From assembly GCA_030141605.1 (NCBI GenBank), contig JAQGDQ010000004.1:1922001-1986000 (forward strand): a stretch of 64,000 nt of DNA, in the 5' to 3' direction. Position numbers and translations under genes: made by a program. The notes beneath the pieces are model-generated. The model saw nothing but the letters and a program-made list of their open reading frames with translations. It was not told the DNA's origin and made no database searches. This document shows positions 12,670-26,873 of this stretch, piece after piece. The DNA is from Tubiluchus corallicola. Taxonomy: Eukaryota; Animalia; Priapulida. The first letter of the stretch is position 1. Each line of letters begins with the position of its first letter.

Positions 12670-14299
12670 GTTTGACTGAAAGTAGAAAATCATTTTTATT
12701 TTTTTATTCATTTACTTGTTTATTTATATATTATTATTATTTACAATAAAATCAACTATAAGTTAAATTTAAACGTAAAATCTAAATGTCGCTTCATCTG
12801 CCCATACTGTGCACCTGCAACATTAATTGCTACATCTGCTACACTGCTTAACCTACTTACAGTCTCACATAGCTTCTTATTACAACCAGCGCGGTTAAAA
12901 TTATATAGCAGGTAATAAGCCCTGCTTATCTCCCTCCAATAGTTACAACCCAAATTCCCGTTTTCCCTTTTCTGACTGAAAGAGCACTTGTATGTTTAAT
13001 GCGTAGATGCACTCAAAATCTCAAATATAAAACGGGAAATAAATCGAACCACGAAATTAACTTTCTAAAGTGCATCAAGCAATGCGGGTAGCAATGTGAG
13101 CAGATATACGTGGAGGAATCAGTGTGAGTACTGAGCAATGAGCAGGTGAAGGAAGGAAGAACAAAGAGATACAAACGAAGAATACATTTAACACAATACC
13201 TTCATTGAACAAGCAGATAAGTGAAAGTAGAAATTACAGAATTTCATGGCACCTTCATTGCACATGGGCAATTCAATAAACATGGTTCTAAATTATTATA
13301 ATTAACAGAAATACCCAATTTAGCAGGACTATCTTTTAGGCTTTTCTATGTTTCAGCAGCTTTAGTTGTCTGAAATGAGGGAAAACTTTTGACACAGATA
13401 CAAAAAATGATGCAGAAATCTCGTTTGTTCAGCTCAAAATGGAAATTCGTCTTTTTCAAACAAAGATCGTTTGAACCCAGGAGGTAATGGGGGAGTTATA
13501 TAGGCGTCAGATAGTCTATATATAACATCGGCAATTATTGCAGACCCACATTTTTAATAAAGATGTTGATATTGTAAATATCTATATAATGTAGGCAACA
13601 ACTGCAAACACTACTGTTATTGTAAGTTTATTGCAGGCAATAAAAATCCGTTGTTGTAATCATCGCTTTTGCGGCTATGAAATGGTTGGTACAGTATTTT
13701 CTTTAATTAATTAATTATGGCACTGCTTTAATAAGTGTGATCCAAACAAGAGAAACAACCAACTAATACAGCAACAAAATATGGTAAGTAAAGCAAGAGT
13801 TAGTTTAAGTCATTCATGACCCTGTATCAAATTTTGGACCAACAGGTGTAAAGCTAGGCACGTTACCTGGCGAGACTGACATGTCTTACAGTATATTTTA
13901 TTATTATGGTCGTGTAAGCTTTTACAGCATACGTATTCTTTGCGTGGTAATACTGAAGCAATAATTGTATCACTTACTACGTTATTACAAAATAAATAAC
14001 CAGAATAAATCACCAGTTAGCATATTTTACTAGACATTCACCCCAGTCAAATATAAATCAGCAGAGACAAATATCAGGACACAATAGCGGCAAATGGAGA
14101 CCATAAGGTACTACGATAAGTAAATAGTGATAATAGCAGCAAAATAGATAAACTAAATAAGAGAAATGTAATTCCAAGAGCAAACAACGGGGCATTTATC
14201 CATAAGGCTGAGAGGTTAAATATTAACATCTTGCATAAAATAATGTAGTAAAATAAGTCAATACTATGAAAGTCTTATTGCGTGTAGAAAATGGATATT

Positions 14300-15056
14300 G
14301 GTCAAAGAACCATCATTCAAAGGACCATCAGACGAAGGACCACCGGTCAAAGAGTAACCTGAAAAGGCAAAGGACTACTGGTTAAAGTACCACCAGATAA
14401 AAACCACGAGATCACACAAAAAATCAACCGAAAAATCAATTCATTAGAGACATTTTTTGCTCCTTGATGGTGATAACATTATATTATTTGCGGAGAGTAA
14501 ATTCTACTGTTCTATATTTGTTTTACTAGTACCTGCAAAACAAAAAAAATTAATTTTTTATTCATTGAATTGCTTCACCTGTAGCTAATCTTTAAATACT
14601 CATTCAAAAATATATGCAGTGACGTGATATGTGAAGTCCTCGTGTAAGAACCTAGCATTAACATTAATAATTATTGGCTTTTTTCACTGATTAACATCTG
14701 ACAAAGAGCAGTAGTCTGCTAGAACCAAAGTGTTACCATAAGAAGAAACATCAAAGTTTGTTTTTATATGCCTGTATGATGTTTTTGTTGCAATCGTGCG
14801 GCTACGTCATTTCAGAATGCCACTGATAGATGGTAATTATATAAGATCAGACAAGAGCAGTTAGGCCAACACATTTTCATATTTTTCTAGTAACGTTTGA
14901 CAATGACATGTAGCTTTTTTGTTTGGGCCTGTGTTTGTGTATGTGAAGGTGGAGCAGAGCTGGGCCTTCACTATAAGTTTTTGTTTTCATTAGTACAAAC
15001 CCTTGCACGCATCAGTCACTTTCTAAACAGTCTTTATAATTTTGTAATTATAAATA

Positions 15057-15094
<38 letters not shown>

Positions 15095-15782
15095 GCCTAC
15101 GTATAAAACTAAATGAAATTTTTTTAAAAACTCTAAAATTTGAACTCTTAAAATTTCTAAAATGAATATAACGTTGAGTGCCCTTTTTAGTCTCACAACA
15201 GAGTATTTCTTTTTTTCTATCGGGAGCTTTTGCCCTCTCGGGCCTCATCAGCTGAAAATTACAGATAAAATGTTAAAACTGTGTACCAGTGTTAAAAAAA
15301 AGAGAAAATTAAATGTAAAAACATCATTGATTTAAAATATAATAATTTAGAAAGAGTATAAGCGACTGCATAGGAAGGCAAAGACCAATAGGTCTAGCCA
15401 GAATAAAAGCTAATTAAAGAAAGAAAAAAAGAATAAATTGACATACCTGAATAGACTGTGCTGCTAACCTGAAGTGAAGTTTACAACATTTGGAGGTTTA
15501 TAGACACTCAGTGAAATTAAAAAATTAAACGAAATTAAAAGTAGCGTATGTATAGGACATTTCTACTCATCTTCTGGAATTTTCAAACGCACCTTAAACT
15601 ACTTATGGTAACTATGTAAAATACATAGCAGGCCTATTTAATAGTGGATATGAACTGTTAGTCCTTTAACTGGTGATCTCCCTTGTCAGATGAATCCTTG
15701 ACAACTTTTAAAATGTGGAAGATGGTGTTTTGACTGGTGGTCCTTTGTCCGTGGTGACTGTTTGACTGGTGGTCCTTTGACC
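14300..15782. mobile_element. Non-autonomous DNA transposon with inverted subterminal repeat arrays
   Basis: The left end has tandem GGTCAAAGGACCACC-like units (14300-14408). The right end has the reverse-complement units GACTGGTGGTCCTTTGACC (15655-15782). Confidence 0.65.
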
Positions 15783-16479
15783 GTCACAGTAGAAGATGCT
15801 GCGAAAAAATTCTTTAGTAACTGTCCTTGTAAATATTTCTTGATCACTCTATCAAATACCTGATATGATATTTCCTTGTGGCTGCACTTGCTCGAATTCT
15901 GATTTAACACGAAGCGAACCTCAATTTATACGTTTATGAAAACGTGTGTTGGTGGGTGCAGAATGATCTCGCCCACACTAATATCCTAAATATTTACTAC
16001 TAGAAGTGTTTGACTAATGAAAGTGATGTGTTGGTTAGTGTTTTATCGTACGCTAATTTGTGGCATCTCGAGCATGAAATTAAAACTGGGAGGTGGTAGT
16101 TAAAATGACTACAGTGGAGCGCATGCGTTATTACAAGCAAACTTGGAAATTACTATTATTATAACAATCTGATTGACAACAGTATACACAAATAATTATG
16201 AAGGACCTTTGCTCAACAGAGATTCGTGGGTCGACGATACTAGGGCCGTAGACAATGTCTAAGCACATGAAAAGCAAGTAATTATTCGTAAGTAATAGTC
16301 TATAACAAACTGCTTAACTAACTAAACTAACGTTAATCGTTATAGTTCATTGTATTTCAAAGAAAAGCGAAGGGCAAATGTCAGTTTTCACTCAATTATC
16401 TGAAAATGAATCAATATTAAATATAATTATATAGCTGGTCAGCGTATACTTTCACATTTATCCCTTGGAAAGTTCGAGA

Positions 16480-16965
16480 GGTTGCCATTCTCGTCGGCGT
16501 TGGCAGCTTGGTTCCATTGGCACCTTGGCATTCTTAGTAGGTTGGCACTTTTGGCAGCTTGGCACCTTGACAGCTTGGCATTCTTGACAATTTGGCTGCT
16601 TGGTAGTCTTGGCAGGTTGGCACTCTAGGCTACTTGGTTTTCTTGACAACTTCGCATTCTTGGCACGGTGGCACCTTGACAGCTTGGAATTCCTGGAACC
16701 TTAAAATTCTTGGCTAACTTGGTATTCTTGGTAGCTTGGCGTTTTTGGCAGGTTGACAATTTTGATGTCTTAGCATTCTTGGTGGCTTCACATTATTAAC
16801 AGCTTCGGGTTCTTGGTAAGTTGGCAGCTTGGCATTCCCGGCAGTTTGACATTTTTGATAGCTAGGCATCCTTAGTAGCTTGGCATTCTCGACAGTTTCA
16901 CATTATTGGCAGCTTCGGGTTCTTAGTAAGCTGGCATTGTCAAGTTAGCAGGTTCGGCGCTTTGG
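16480..16965. repeat. Degenerate minisatellite (TTGGCAGCTTGGCATTC-like, ~8-9/17-18 bp periodicity)
   Basis: Dozens of TTGGCA(G/T)/CTTGG units run in tandem and account for the spurious ORF 16458-16649. Confidence 0.85.
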
Positions 16966-18132
16966 CTAAGGTGTATAATGAAATGGGTGGAAGGGAAGCA
17001 TGATAGTGTTAGACTCTGAGCTGGAGTGGCGTACGAGGGCTACAATGCAGTTCCAAGTGGGGGATAACACACTGAAATGTTTCAACATTACACGGAACAG
17101 CTACCAATAGTTGAGCATTTGTTACCATTTCAAAATTCATACTCCTTTTTGAGTTTTATACTTAGTTTTATATTTATTTGATAAGGGTTATGCTTAGTAA
17201 ACTAGTTACTTATACGACGGCAATAAAAATGCGCGTGCGCATTTAATTTATATTCTTAATCGCTTGAGTGAAAGTTAATGTTAATGATAATTTAGATACA
17301 GAAAAAACGCCTATTTATTAAACAATATGTTTGACATTTGAATTCTGCCAACTTAAACATTAGCTTCTTTAATTTAGCTCCCAAGGACTAATACGTTGAA
17401 ACTTCAGTTGATTTTTATTACAAACACGTGTAATGGGTCACACAAGTCGCAGGTTAAAGGTCAATAAACGCATTTTTTACTGTGGATAATACATGTGAAT
17501 TGAACAGTTAATAAACTTCTTATGAAAGACAATTCTTATGAATAAAACTACTGGTAACAGCAATATAGTTTTTCAATCTACATTAGATGATGGTTATCCA
17601 AATTTTCTTTGCATGTTTTTTAATTATCAGTAGTAGCTTATAGAGTTTCGCACACCTGTGCACAGGGACCTTTCCTAATCACACACCTGTTAATGACAAT
17701 CCATCTAAATTGCGTATAAAGGTACAAATAGCATGACAGGCCAGTATTACATACACACGTAGGATACAGTATTTTCATTAGCTGCAATTAATAATTTCTG
17801 CACATACTTCCAGGCTATTCCGTACCACAATTCTTGCAAAAGGTTAGTGAACAATGACAAATGTTAATTGCTACCGCAATAAGCCACTTTCACCTACAGG
17901 TTGTGAGGGTTTATTATTTTCGTGTTTTGTTTCGTTAAAAGTTCTTCATATGCCCTGAAGGGTTTCGGTTAATTATTAAATAATTCAGAAAATATTTTCG
18001 TTGTTTGGAAATAATGATGTATCGTTAATTTGTAGTTGTTAGTTTTTGAAGGAGATCAAAGGCTCTACCGCCAGTGTTTTCACTGTCGTGAGTGAGCCGA
18101 TGTAGGCAGAAAAGGAGAACGCGAGCGAGAGT

Positions 18133-18284
<152 letters not shown>

Positions 18285-20974
18285 ACCCGCAGAGGTATTG
18301 ATACGCACGTACACATAAAGACAAAGCATTGAAGGTAGAAACAGCGACAGAGATAAAGTTTCACGGTAAGGATAGACATAAAGGCAGAAACAAAGAAAGC
18401 AGCTTGAAACAGTGACAGAGTGAGATGGAAATAATAGAAATAAAGGTAAAGACGATTAAGAATACGGATGGAGACAGAGACAAAAAACATAAAAGAGAAA
18501 ATTTAGATTGAAAACCAAAATAAATTGTTGCTAACCAGAATGAATATTCGGCACATATAATATGTATCTCCTATTTAAAAATGACGTTTGGAGACTCACA
18601 GTTTCAGGACTTGATCCGACTATTAATTCGTCTTTGGGATGTTTTCTAGAGTGCAATAAGGAAACTAAATCATCCTGTTAAACGAATATAAAATAATCGT
18701 CCTCTCATTTCACTTCAAGGACAAGCGGTAATATATTTCTTTTTTCGCAAAAAAGTTTGAACTTGGTGCTTGTCGTAGGTGACAGGGTTTAATGTAATGA
18801 TGTGCCTATAACAGGTTGTTCTTCGCCTATAGTAAGCAAATTTTTGGAATAATATGGCGTAATTACGAATTACTATGCGTTTTTTGAAAAATCTAAGCTC
18901 AGCTGAAGAATTAATCACGTAATTAATGAAAAGATAGGCTTTCCTCTAATCCTGTAATCTTTGATGTGTTTGAGTGCTACACTTATCCTGTGTGTAGGAT
19001 AATTACCTGTGTAGGATAATTAACACGCACACATTCTTGGTTGTTATTCACTTTTTTAGTATGCAGTATTGTCTAGTTGTAAACGACCACACATCCCCAA
19101 TTTAACGGTCTTATTTTTTATTATAAATTTTTCGCACTATCAAGCACCCTTTTTAAGTTTTAGTAACAGTAATTTCTTATTGACTTAGCGTTTTTTACGC
19201 AAGGCTGAGAAACTCGAATCGAGCATTGCCTATCTTAAGTAACAAGAAATGAGTACAGAAGTCTATAATTGACGCCAACCTGTAGGTATTTTTTAACATT
19301 GGTACTTTAATTTAAAAAGGCTTGACCTATTTAGAAATATTTCTTAGTAAACAGTTACTGAAAATAAGTATGCAAGGCACAGTCTAAACTCTAGGGCCAG
19401 ATGACATCGCATTAAAAATGAAAGCAAAACCAAACTGAAAAATGAAGCGATCGTGACAGTGAATCACAAAAACTTTTGTCATAGCATACGCAGAGTTTAC
19501 TGCAAAATTCGCACATAATCGCTGATTAGACGCTGTAGTACAGTAAAGAAGGTAGATATTATCAAAAAATATTTCTTTGCTTTTCTTTGTAGTTTTAAAA
19601 TTTCTGTAATGGCTAATTATAGGTAGAATAAAAGAATGGTTCTGCAAAATACCTATTGCCTTAACATTTAACAATTTTAAATTAGCTTAATATGCTAATT
19701 CCAGTAAGATAGATGTTGCTTTTGGAATGATTTTGAATTTTCTACCTGTAGTCTCAGCCTTTCGCAGTTTCAAATGGTAAACAGAATACTGACCAATTTG
19801 CTGATGGTTTTTAAGCATTTTTTGATTAACAATCAGGACATTGGAAACAGCGGGCAAGAGTGTTCGATCAGTGACTAAACAGGCCAATTAGTCAAATAGG
19901 ATGTGATATTGGTTTCGAAGATTTTGGAAAGTGACACGATATTTTATAGGGTGCTTGATCGTTAAGCCTCCTCAAGCACCCTAAACAAATAGTTAAACAT
20001 CGGAGAAAGCTGAATATTACAACATCAACCGTTCCAGGCAGGACATGACTATCAACACATTATATAAACTTCTCCATATCTACGTCCTTACCAAGAATGC
20101 TCGTAATAGATGCGGGCCCATAATAACTGACAAAAAATAATACAGTCGAACATCAGCGTGATATTCGTTTTCTTCTGTTCCTAGTATTATCAGTACACAA
20201 AGAGTCGACGGCGAGCGAAGGGCTAAAATAAGTAGAGAAATCCAACTGACTAAAAGCAGATTCTTTACGTAAATAATAGGGATGAATCTAGTGATTTTAT
20301 AGTTAAATTAGTTTTTTCGGGGTTTTTGGTCGAATGCCGTTATTCAGCTGTTGGCAGAAAAATGCAATCCTCCGTTTGACTGTCGGATTTTCATCGATAC
20401 AACTGACATTACAGTCAGCCCCACCGCCACATGTTGACAAAAATGTGATGAAATGTTCCGCAATACTCGATAAATCAGATATTCTGATGTTATAATCCTC
20501 CAGCTTAAAACATGCCAGAAAAAAATACATTACACAAGTAGTCAAGCATTTTTATGTACTAATGTTTTAGCACATTAACAAGACTAATGAAGTCTAACCA
20601 CAACCACTGACACTCTCCACCGACTTCTAAAATACATTTCGACCGAGGCAACAGTGCTGACACTCGTCGAACAGGAGTTTTGAGTTATTTAAATCGTTCT
20701 GTCAAGACGATGAAGCTTACCGTTTCTGAGAAAACTGCTACTGAGTAAGACGCTACTGTGTCAATAAACATAACCCTCCTCGAGCAGCAATTCTTTAATA
20801 TCGAGAGTCATTTTAATATTCTTCTTTGCTTATTAATTCAGTGAAGTGTAATCGTCGCCTTAAAGTGTTTGCTCTTCAAGTCTTAAGACGTGAGAAGAAT
20901 ATGTAAAGCTGCGAAACTTTTAGCAGCTTTCTTAATACGCGCACGAAAAATGCACTACGCTGCCTGCAAGGCAG

Positions 20975-21261
20975 TCTGTTACTGCGGAACTGCGAGCTAA
21001 TTCAGTTCACATAGTAGAGTGCACTATGTCAGAAAAATGGGACTAGGTCGATTTTTGTGCCAAAGTTGATTTTTGTAGCTAGAGAGGTGCTAAACTTGAT
21101 TTTTGTGGATAGTAAGGGTGACTAGTGTGGCTTATGACGGTCTCAAATTGACTTAAGTAGCCATAAAAAATTTTCTCACAAAAATCGACCTAGTCCCATT
21201 TTTCCGACATAGTGGACTGTACTATGTGAGCTGAATTAGCTCGCAGTTCTGCTGTAACAGA
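20975..21261. mobile_element. ~290 bp MITE with ~85 bp near-identical terminal inverted repeats
   Basis: TCTGTTACTGCGGAACTGCGAGCTAATTCAGTTCACATAGTAGAGTGCACTATGTCAGAAAAATGGGACTAGGTCGATTTTTGTG is mirrored with few mismatches at ~21177-21261. Confidence 0.85.
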
Positions 21262-22347
21262 ATGAATTCAAAAATAATAGATGCCATTTTTTCTTGCATA
21301 TCTTCGGTTGCCAGCTTGGATTTCAAAATGGCCGCCACTAACATTTAAAAATTAAGCTTGTTGCTGATTTCCCCATAGGAAAGTGCACGCAATTATTGAC
21401 CAATAGCTGGCAGCATTACTGGTGGATAAACCAGTAGTTAGGCAACACTGTAGTGAACTGTATGTTAAATTAGTGAATGGGAGTTGATGGCATGAGGTGT
21501 GGTCCGAGATATCACTTTTTGATATTGATTTTTTTATTAAAGGCGATAAAATATTTAATTTCCGCCTTTGGTTAGACATCGTCTAGTAAAATTAGATGTA
21601 ACGTTTAAAAATAAATAGCGGTACACAATTTACAGACAAACATGAAATGAAAAAAGTAATATAGTTGAGTTTTTTCGTTTAGTGATGGTAGTTGAGTTTC
21701 GCTAAAGTTATACATTTTTCTCCAACGTACGTGTAGAAAGCCATTGAATGAGACATTAATTAAAATAATGCTAAAACAATCACTTTACTCGCCAACGCAA
21801 AATAAAACAAACATACAGCAGTAACCAACAAATGGCAAACATTTAAATACCCAGTCACGAAAAGATGATCTTCCGATACTCCCAAAACACCAATTGCACA
21901 AATCCGCAAATTCGTCTCGGTTAGGCCGTTGGAAAGCAAATGATCGACAGCTGACCAGTAACCATCATAGTAAAGGAAGGACTTACATATGAAAACTACC
22001 GTTACACTTTGTATAGATGATTCTTCTAATGCAATTATGTGTTTGAATGAAGCTTGCCGACTCCCGCTAGTAAAATGCGAAAACAGTAACAATAAGGAGA
22101 TTAGAGACTAAAGCTTAGGCAGTCTAGTTTATTCATGTTACTGCATTAATTATTCAGCTACACGTCATTTCTTCTTCATTTGAATTGAATTGAAAAAAAT
22201 TATTCGTCGTAGAAGAGAGCTCAACGTTGCAGATAATGTTTCGTAGTCTTTAATAATTGTTAAAATAACGTAAAAAATGCAGTCATATAAAGTCATGATG
22301 ATTATTACAAAACATCGTTACGTGGCGCACCCGAACGCGTAACTTAC

Positions 22348-22436
22348 TTTTAGAGCTGCATTCAAATCGTCTGGCGATCCCAGGACGGGGGGCCCTGAGC
22401 GTATCAGAAAAAGGCCAGTAGGACCACAGTATTTAA
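22348..22436 (-). promoter_or_regulatory. Candidate allatotropin core promoter and non-coding first exon
   Basis: The minus strand has a TATA-like TTAAATA (22436-22430), a GC-rich ~55 nt segment starting ~30 nt downstream, and a consensus donor AAA|GTAAGT (exon end 22348). The gene needs an upstream exon for its 12675 acceptor. There is no transcript evidence. Confidence 0.35.
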
Positions 22437-22768
22437 CCTAGATCTAACTTCAAAAGGTGTGCCTCACTTCAGCCACAGTTTATGTATCTGTTTAATTAGA
22501 TTTTCGGCCAATTAAATACGAATAATATAAATGTGTGAATAACAATCGTTATGTTGTTAGTATTTAATGCTTAGCATGGTAATACTATTTGCGTGTATTA
22601 GTGCAAGGTATATAACGCGTGATTTATTTGTTAAAATTAGAAATTTGTAGGGTAGGTAAGGGTGGGGGCTGGTGGATAAAGAGACTTCACAATGTGAAGT
22701 AGCCTATGATTGTTCCACTGCTCGTTACAGATGCCTATCAGAATTTTTGTTGATTTTGCATGTAACGC

Positions 22769-22811
<43 letters not shown>

Positions 22812-23480
22812 CAAAAATATATAATTGAGTGGTTTGGATCGGTAACCAAGCCATTTAATTATTTACAATCGAAAGCAGTAAAAATGACAGGCATCATAGA
22901 CGAATGTATTGCATATGACTGGCGTGACTAGAGGATTTACTCCATTTTTTGCAACATTCCCTCTCGAAATACTCTCGGATAACAATTTGCAAAGTTATAA
23001 GCAGTCCGCCTTCAATGCGATTACTAGGCTAAAATTACATATAGGCACTAGACAAAATTTTCGCATAGCCTTCCCAAAATTAGTACATGTAGCTATGATG
23101 AATTAGATAATAAGAATGGTTTAATTACATGATAACACACCAGAAAGATAACTGAATTGAATCCTCATTGGAGAGACCTTAACGAAAATCAAGATGACCA
23201 AATAATAGCTTTTATTCAATACTGGTACTGATTGGCTATTATAGTTGTTTCAGAAAAATTGCGGCCAGTAATTACAGTGAACGTCAAGATTCACTTCTCT
23301 AGGAAAATTATTTGAAGTCATTGGCCACGTCCACCCGGTCACTATCAATCTCAACGTAGAACGTTAGTACGTTCAAAGGATTAATCAACAGTAATGTTAC
23401 ACTTCCATTATGAAATGTCTGCAAGTCTTGATAGGCAGGTTTTTGACATCATTTTATTTTTTATAGTATGGTGAACAACT

Positions 23481-23588
23481 CATTGCTATGATGACCAGCA
23501 GGGAACTTCATACCCAGTCTACTGCTATGGTGACCGTTGTTGTGGAAATCAACAGGGAACTTTCTTCCCAATCCGTTGCTATGGTGAC
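23481..23588. promoter_or_regulatory. Short tandem duplication with three RFX X-box-like motifs
   Basis: ATTGCTATGATGAC, ACTGCTATGGTGAC and GTTGCTATGGTGAC (23575-23588) are separated by repeated CAGGGAACTT..CCCA spacers. Confidence 0.4.
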
Positions 23589-26185
23589 TAGCTGACCAGC
23601 GGTCATTGATCTAACTGACTTAACACTCACTGATGACACAGCTGCTGCCAGGCAAAACTCTCGCATAGCGAAGTTACATAAAATAATATTTTATTTTATT
23701 CATAAAAATAATACTATTTATTCTAATTATGTTTCTAATAAAATAATTTAATTAATATCTCATAACAAAATTTGTTTAATTAATTTCAGTCCTATTACTA
23801 AACATTGGAAGAACAGAAATGCAGCTAACTTCTTTTAGTTTTAATTCTAATATAATATCTAGTAAAGAAAAAACAATTTTTGCAAACGCAATGTTATAGT
23901 TAAAAACTGTAACGTTTTTAACTATAAATGTTTTTATGTGCTTGCAATAAAATCGAAATGTTATAAATGTAAATTACTAAATACTTGATGCTGCTTGCAT
24001 ATTCTATTTTATCTAACTTATTACCGGTAGGTTTAATTCAAAACACATTTTTAGCAAATAAAAACAACTACTTTACTGTTTATAAGCTTGGACGTATAAG
24101 TCAAGTGTTTGACGTCCTGTAGAGTTAGCTTACATTTGTGCTGTATTTCATTTATGAAAAACGTGTTTGGTTAAGTTTGAAAACTAGAAAAGTAAAGCAA
24201 CTATTTTCTGCTTCACTTTTTTTAGCATAAAGCAATTTTACCAAACGATAACTATCTTGGGCTTATTTTATATGTTTACTGTTTTCCTGGGCAGACATAT
24301 ATAATTGAAAAATGATCATGGTTATATTACTCTTTTATATAATCGTAATTTAACTTCATTCTCGAATGCATTTACAATGTTCAGATTTTCAAAATGAGTT
24401 TTATTTGTGTATTTCAAACGAAGCCATGTAGTTTTTTCTGTGTGAAAGGCTTTTTCAGTTCCATTAGATTAACCAGGTTTTATTACACAGTCATCATTTA
24501 GGATTTGGCCTTCAGTAGAACTGAACAGCATTATTACTGTGTTACTGAAATGCTTAACTATTTTTACAATACTTGCACAGCAATGCCCTGTTACGTTTGT
24601 AGTTAGTCTTATCGCACAGTTTCCTTAACACCGCTTCAAAGTAGCGAAATTAAAGTGGTCTTAACCGGTTATACTAATTAGCATCAATCAGAGACAAGAA
24701 AGCGCTAGCAACGGCGTTAAGCATCAAGCAAAAGTTTAAAGGCGTCGCTAGATGTTAATGATGACGATGATGTGGGTAAATGTGGGGTTGTGGTGGTGCG
24801 GCGACAGTTACTGCAGCAGTGTATATTCGGTGTCTTATCTCAGTGGTTACCATTGAAGCACATGCGCAAAATTTTGGGATTTTGTACGTCTAACAGTCGG
24901 TGAGACCACAGTCCTCTTTTTTCAGTTGTGATGTTGGAACGTCATTCGAAAGATATTTTTATTCACATCATTACGATCTAAAAATGATTACTTATAAAAG
25001 AGGTCGTATTTCAAAACTTTTCAAGGCGGTAACAAGGTTACTTTAGTATTACTGCGATTTGCCGCGTCATTTAGGAAAAAAGTTAACGACGGAAATACGA
25101 AACGAGACATTCAATCTGGCTCTCAGTCTTAGTGAAGAATCAATTAAAGCCAAAACGAGCAATTAGAACATCGTTACCAGTTGTGTTAAACCTTGTGTTC
25201 AAAACTGGGGTAAATTTGATCCATACCTGATATGTTACTGAGGCATTGCTTCAGCATATCCAGTGCTACATACATTGCAATTAGCACATAGAAACCCAAA
25301 CTTATTTTTTGTTACTTTTCTTGAGAGTTAAACGTCCTTAAAGTCGAAGGTTGCTTTTCCCTTTATCAAAAGCTTTACAGTTTTAATTACAAAAACACAG
25401 CGTTTGTCTAATTAGAGAAAATTTTCCTTTCATACTTTTTGACATTGAGTTTTGTAACAAACAGTCGAACAGTCGGACAAACTATGGCCTCGCTTTCAAC
25501 ACGCTACAACGAACAAGTCCTGTACTTTATCATTGAAATAAACACAGAAACAGAATGGCGAGCTGAACATTTAGCAAATGGAAACTTGAAAAATATCAAA
25601 ATACAAGCCGCGAATTTCTTTTTAAAATTCAGCTGTCTGTGTCGATTGCAAATAGTCTGACTTAATCACGTTAAGTCTACAAATACAATGTAATGTTTAG
25701 TCTGTAAACTACTTTTCAAATTTTAATTGACAAATTTATTTCCTAATGTTGGCTTATTAGGATGATCGGTCAGCTGGCCCTATTATCAGTTACGGTTGCT
25801 ACATTAAGGGCATTTATACACGCATTATTCATTCAATTCTTATAATAAGCGCAATGTTTTTTCCTAAGAGCAAGATTTGGACAGTTTTGTGCAACAAACT
25901 GTCGATACTTTGGTAACTAGAGCGTGCATAGAGAGTTCAATGCTTTCTATTACTGCTGCTATTATAAAACATAATTATTTTAATTTTTCAAACGAAATTA
26001 ATCTTTGGTAGACAACAATAAAGCTGATAGTACGCCTCGGATATTTAAGGTATCATTGAAACCAAGCGCAGAACTATAATTGTAAATTAAACTAATACAG
26101 CAACAAAATCCAGAAGGAAAGTCAAAGGAACACATAAGATGAATTGAAACAAGAGGTAACAGAAAAACGTAGTTACAATTACATA

Positions 26186-26414
26186 GTTGCTAAGGTAATA
26201 AATTTTCACATCGTTTCTATAGCAACTGCTTAACTTTCAAGTAAGATTTGTTGACTGTTCGTAAAATGGTGAAATCGAGGTTTCTATCTAATCTTTGTGT
26301 CAATACCGTTGCTAAGATAAACAGTAACCATAGCAACCAACTTATGAGAATAACATTTTACATTATGCCCCCGCCTAACTACTACCACTATACACATTCA
26401 GTAACCATGATAAT
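26186..26414. promoter_or_regulatory. Cluster of RFX X-box-like motifs
   Basis: Five motifs: GTTGCTAAGGTAAT (26186), GTTTCTATAGCAAC (26213), GTTGCTAAGATAAAC (26308), GTAACCATAGCAAC (26324) and GTAACCATGATAAT (26401). Confidence 0.45.
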
Positions 26415-26789
26415 GGAATTTTATATAACAATGTCGAAAGCAGTATACTGTGTAGGTAGAAAAATTATAGTAGGAATAAAAAATATCCTGAGAAAAATAA
26501 ACATGGTATGAATACATTTTTGGGCTATTTTGAGCTGGGACAGTTAGGGTAGTACGCCCGGATGAACTGAAACAGGGTAGTACGCCCGGAGCTATTCACA
26601 GTTTTTTCCTCACTATTATCCAGATGATAACAATGGTGCATAGAGTAATATTAACAAGGTCAACTCTCAAATGGTACCTGGTTACAGTATTGTATAATTC
26701 CATCCTTTGCCATGCACAGATTTGTACATTTTCAAGTCCTGACCTCGACCTAAAATCAGCCGGCCCTAAAAAAATTCCCACGGCCAATT

Positions 26790-26873
26790 CATCAGCGGAA
26801 TTTTTAGGAAATACTACGTAACATACTGATTCAACCGGAATTTTTCGTGAATACTACATAACATACTGATTCA
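26790..26873. repeat. Tandem duplication of a ~41 bp unit
   Basis: CGGAATTTTT..GAATACTAC.TAACATACTGATTCA occurs twice in tandem. Confidence 0.8.

Noticed and set aside
16458-16649. CQxC-repeat ORF
   Set aside because: It is the product of a degenerate minisatellite whose frame is broken on both sides.
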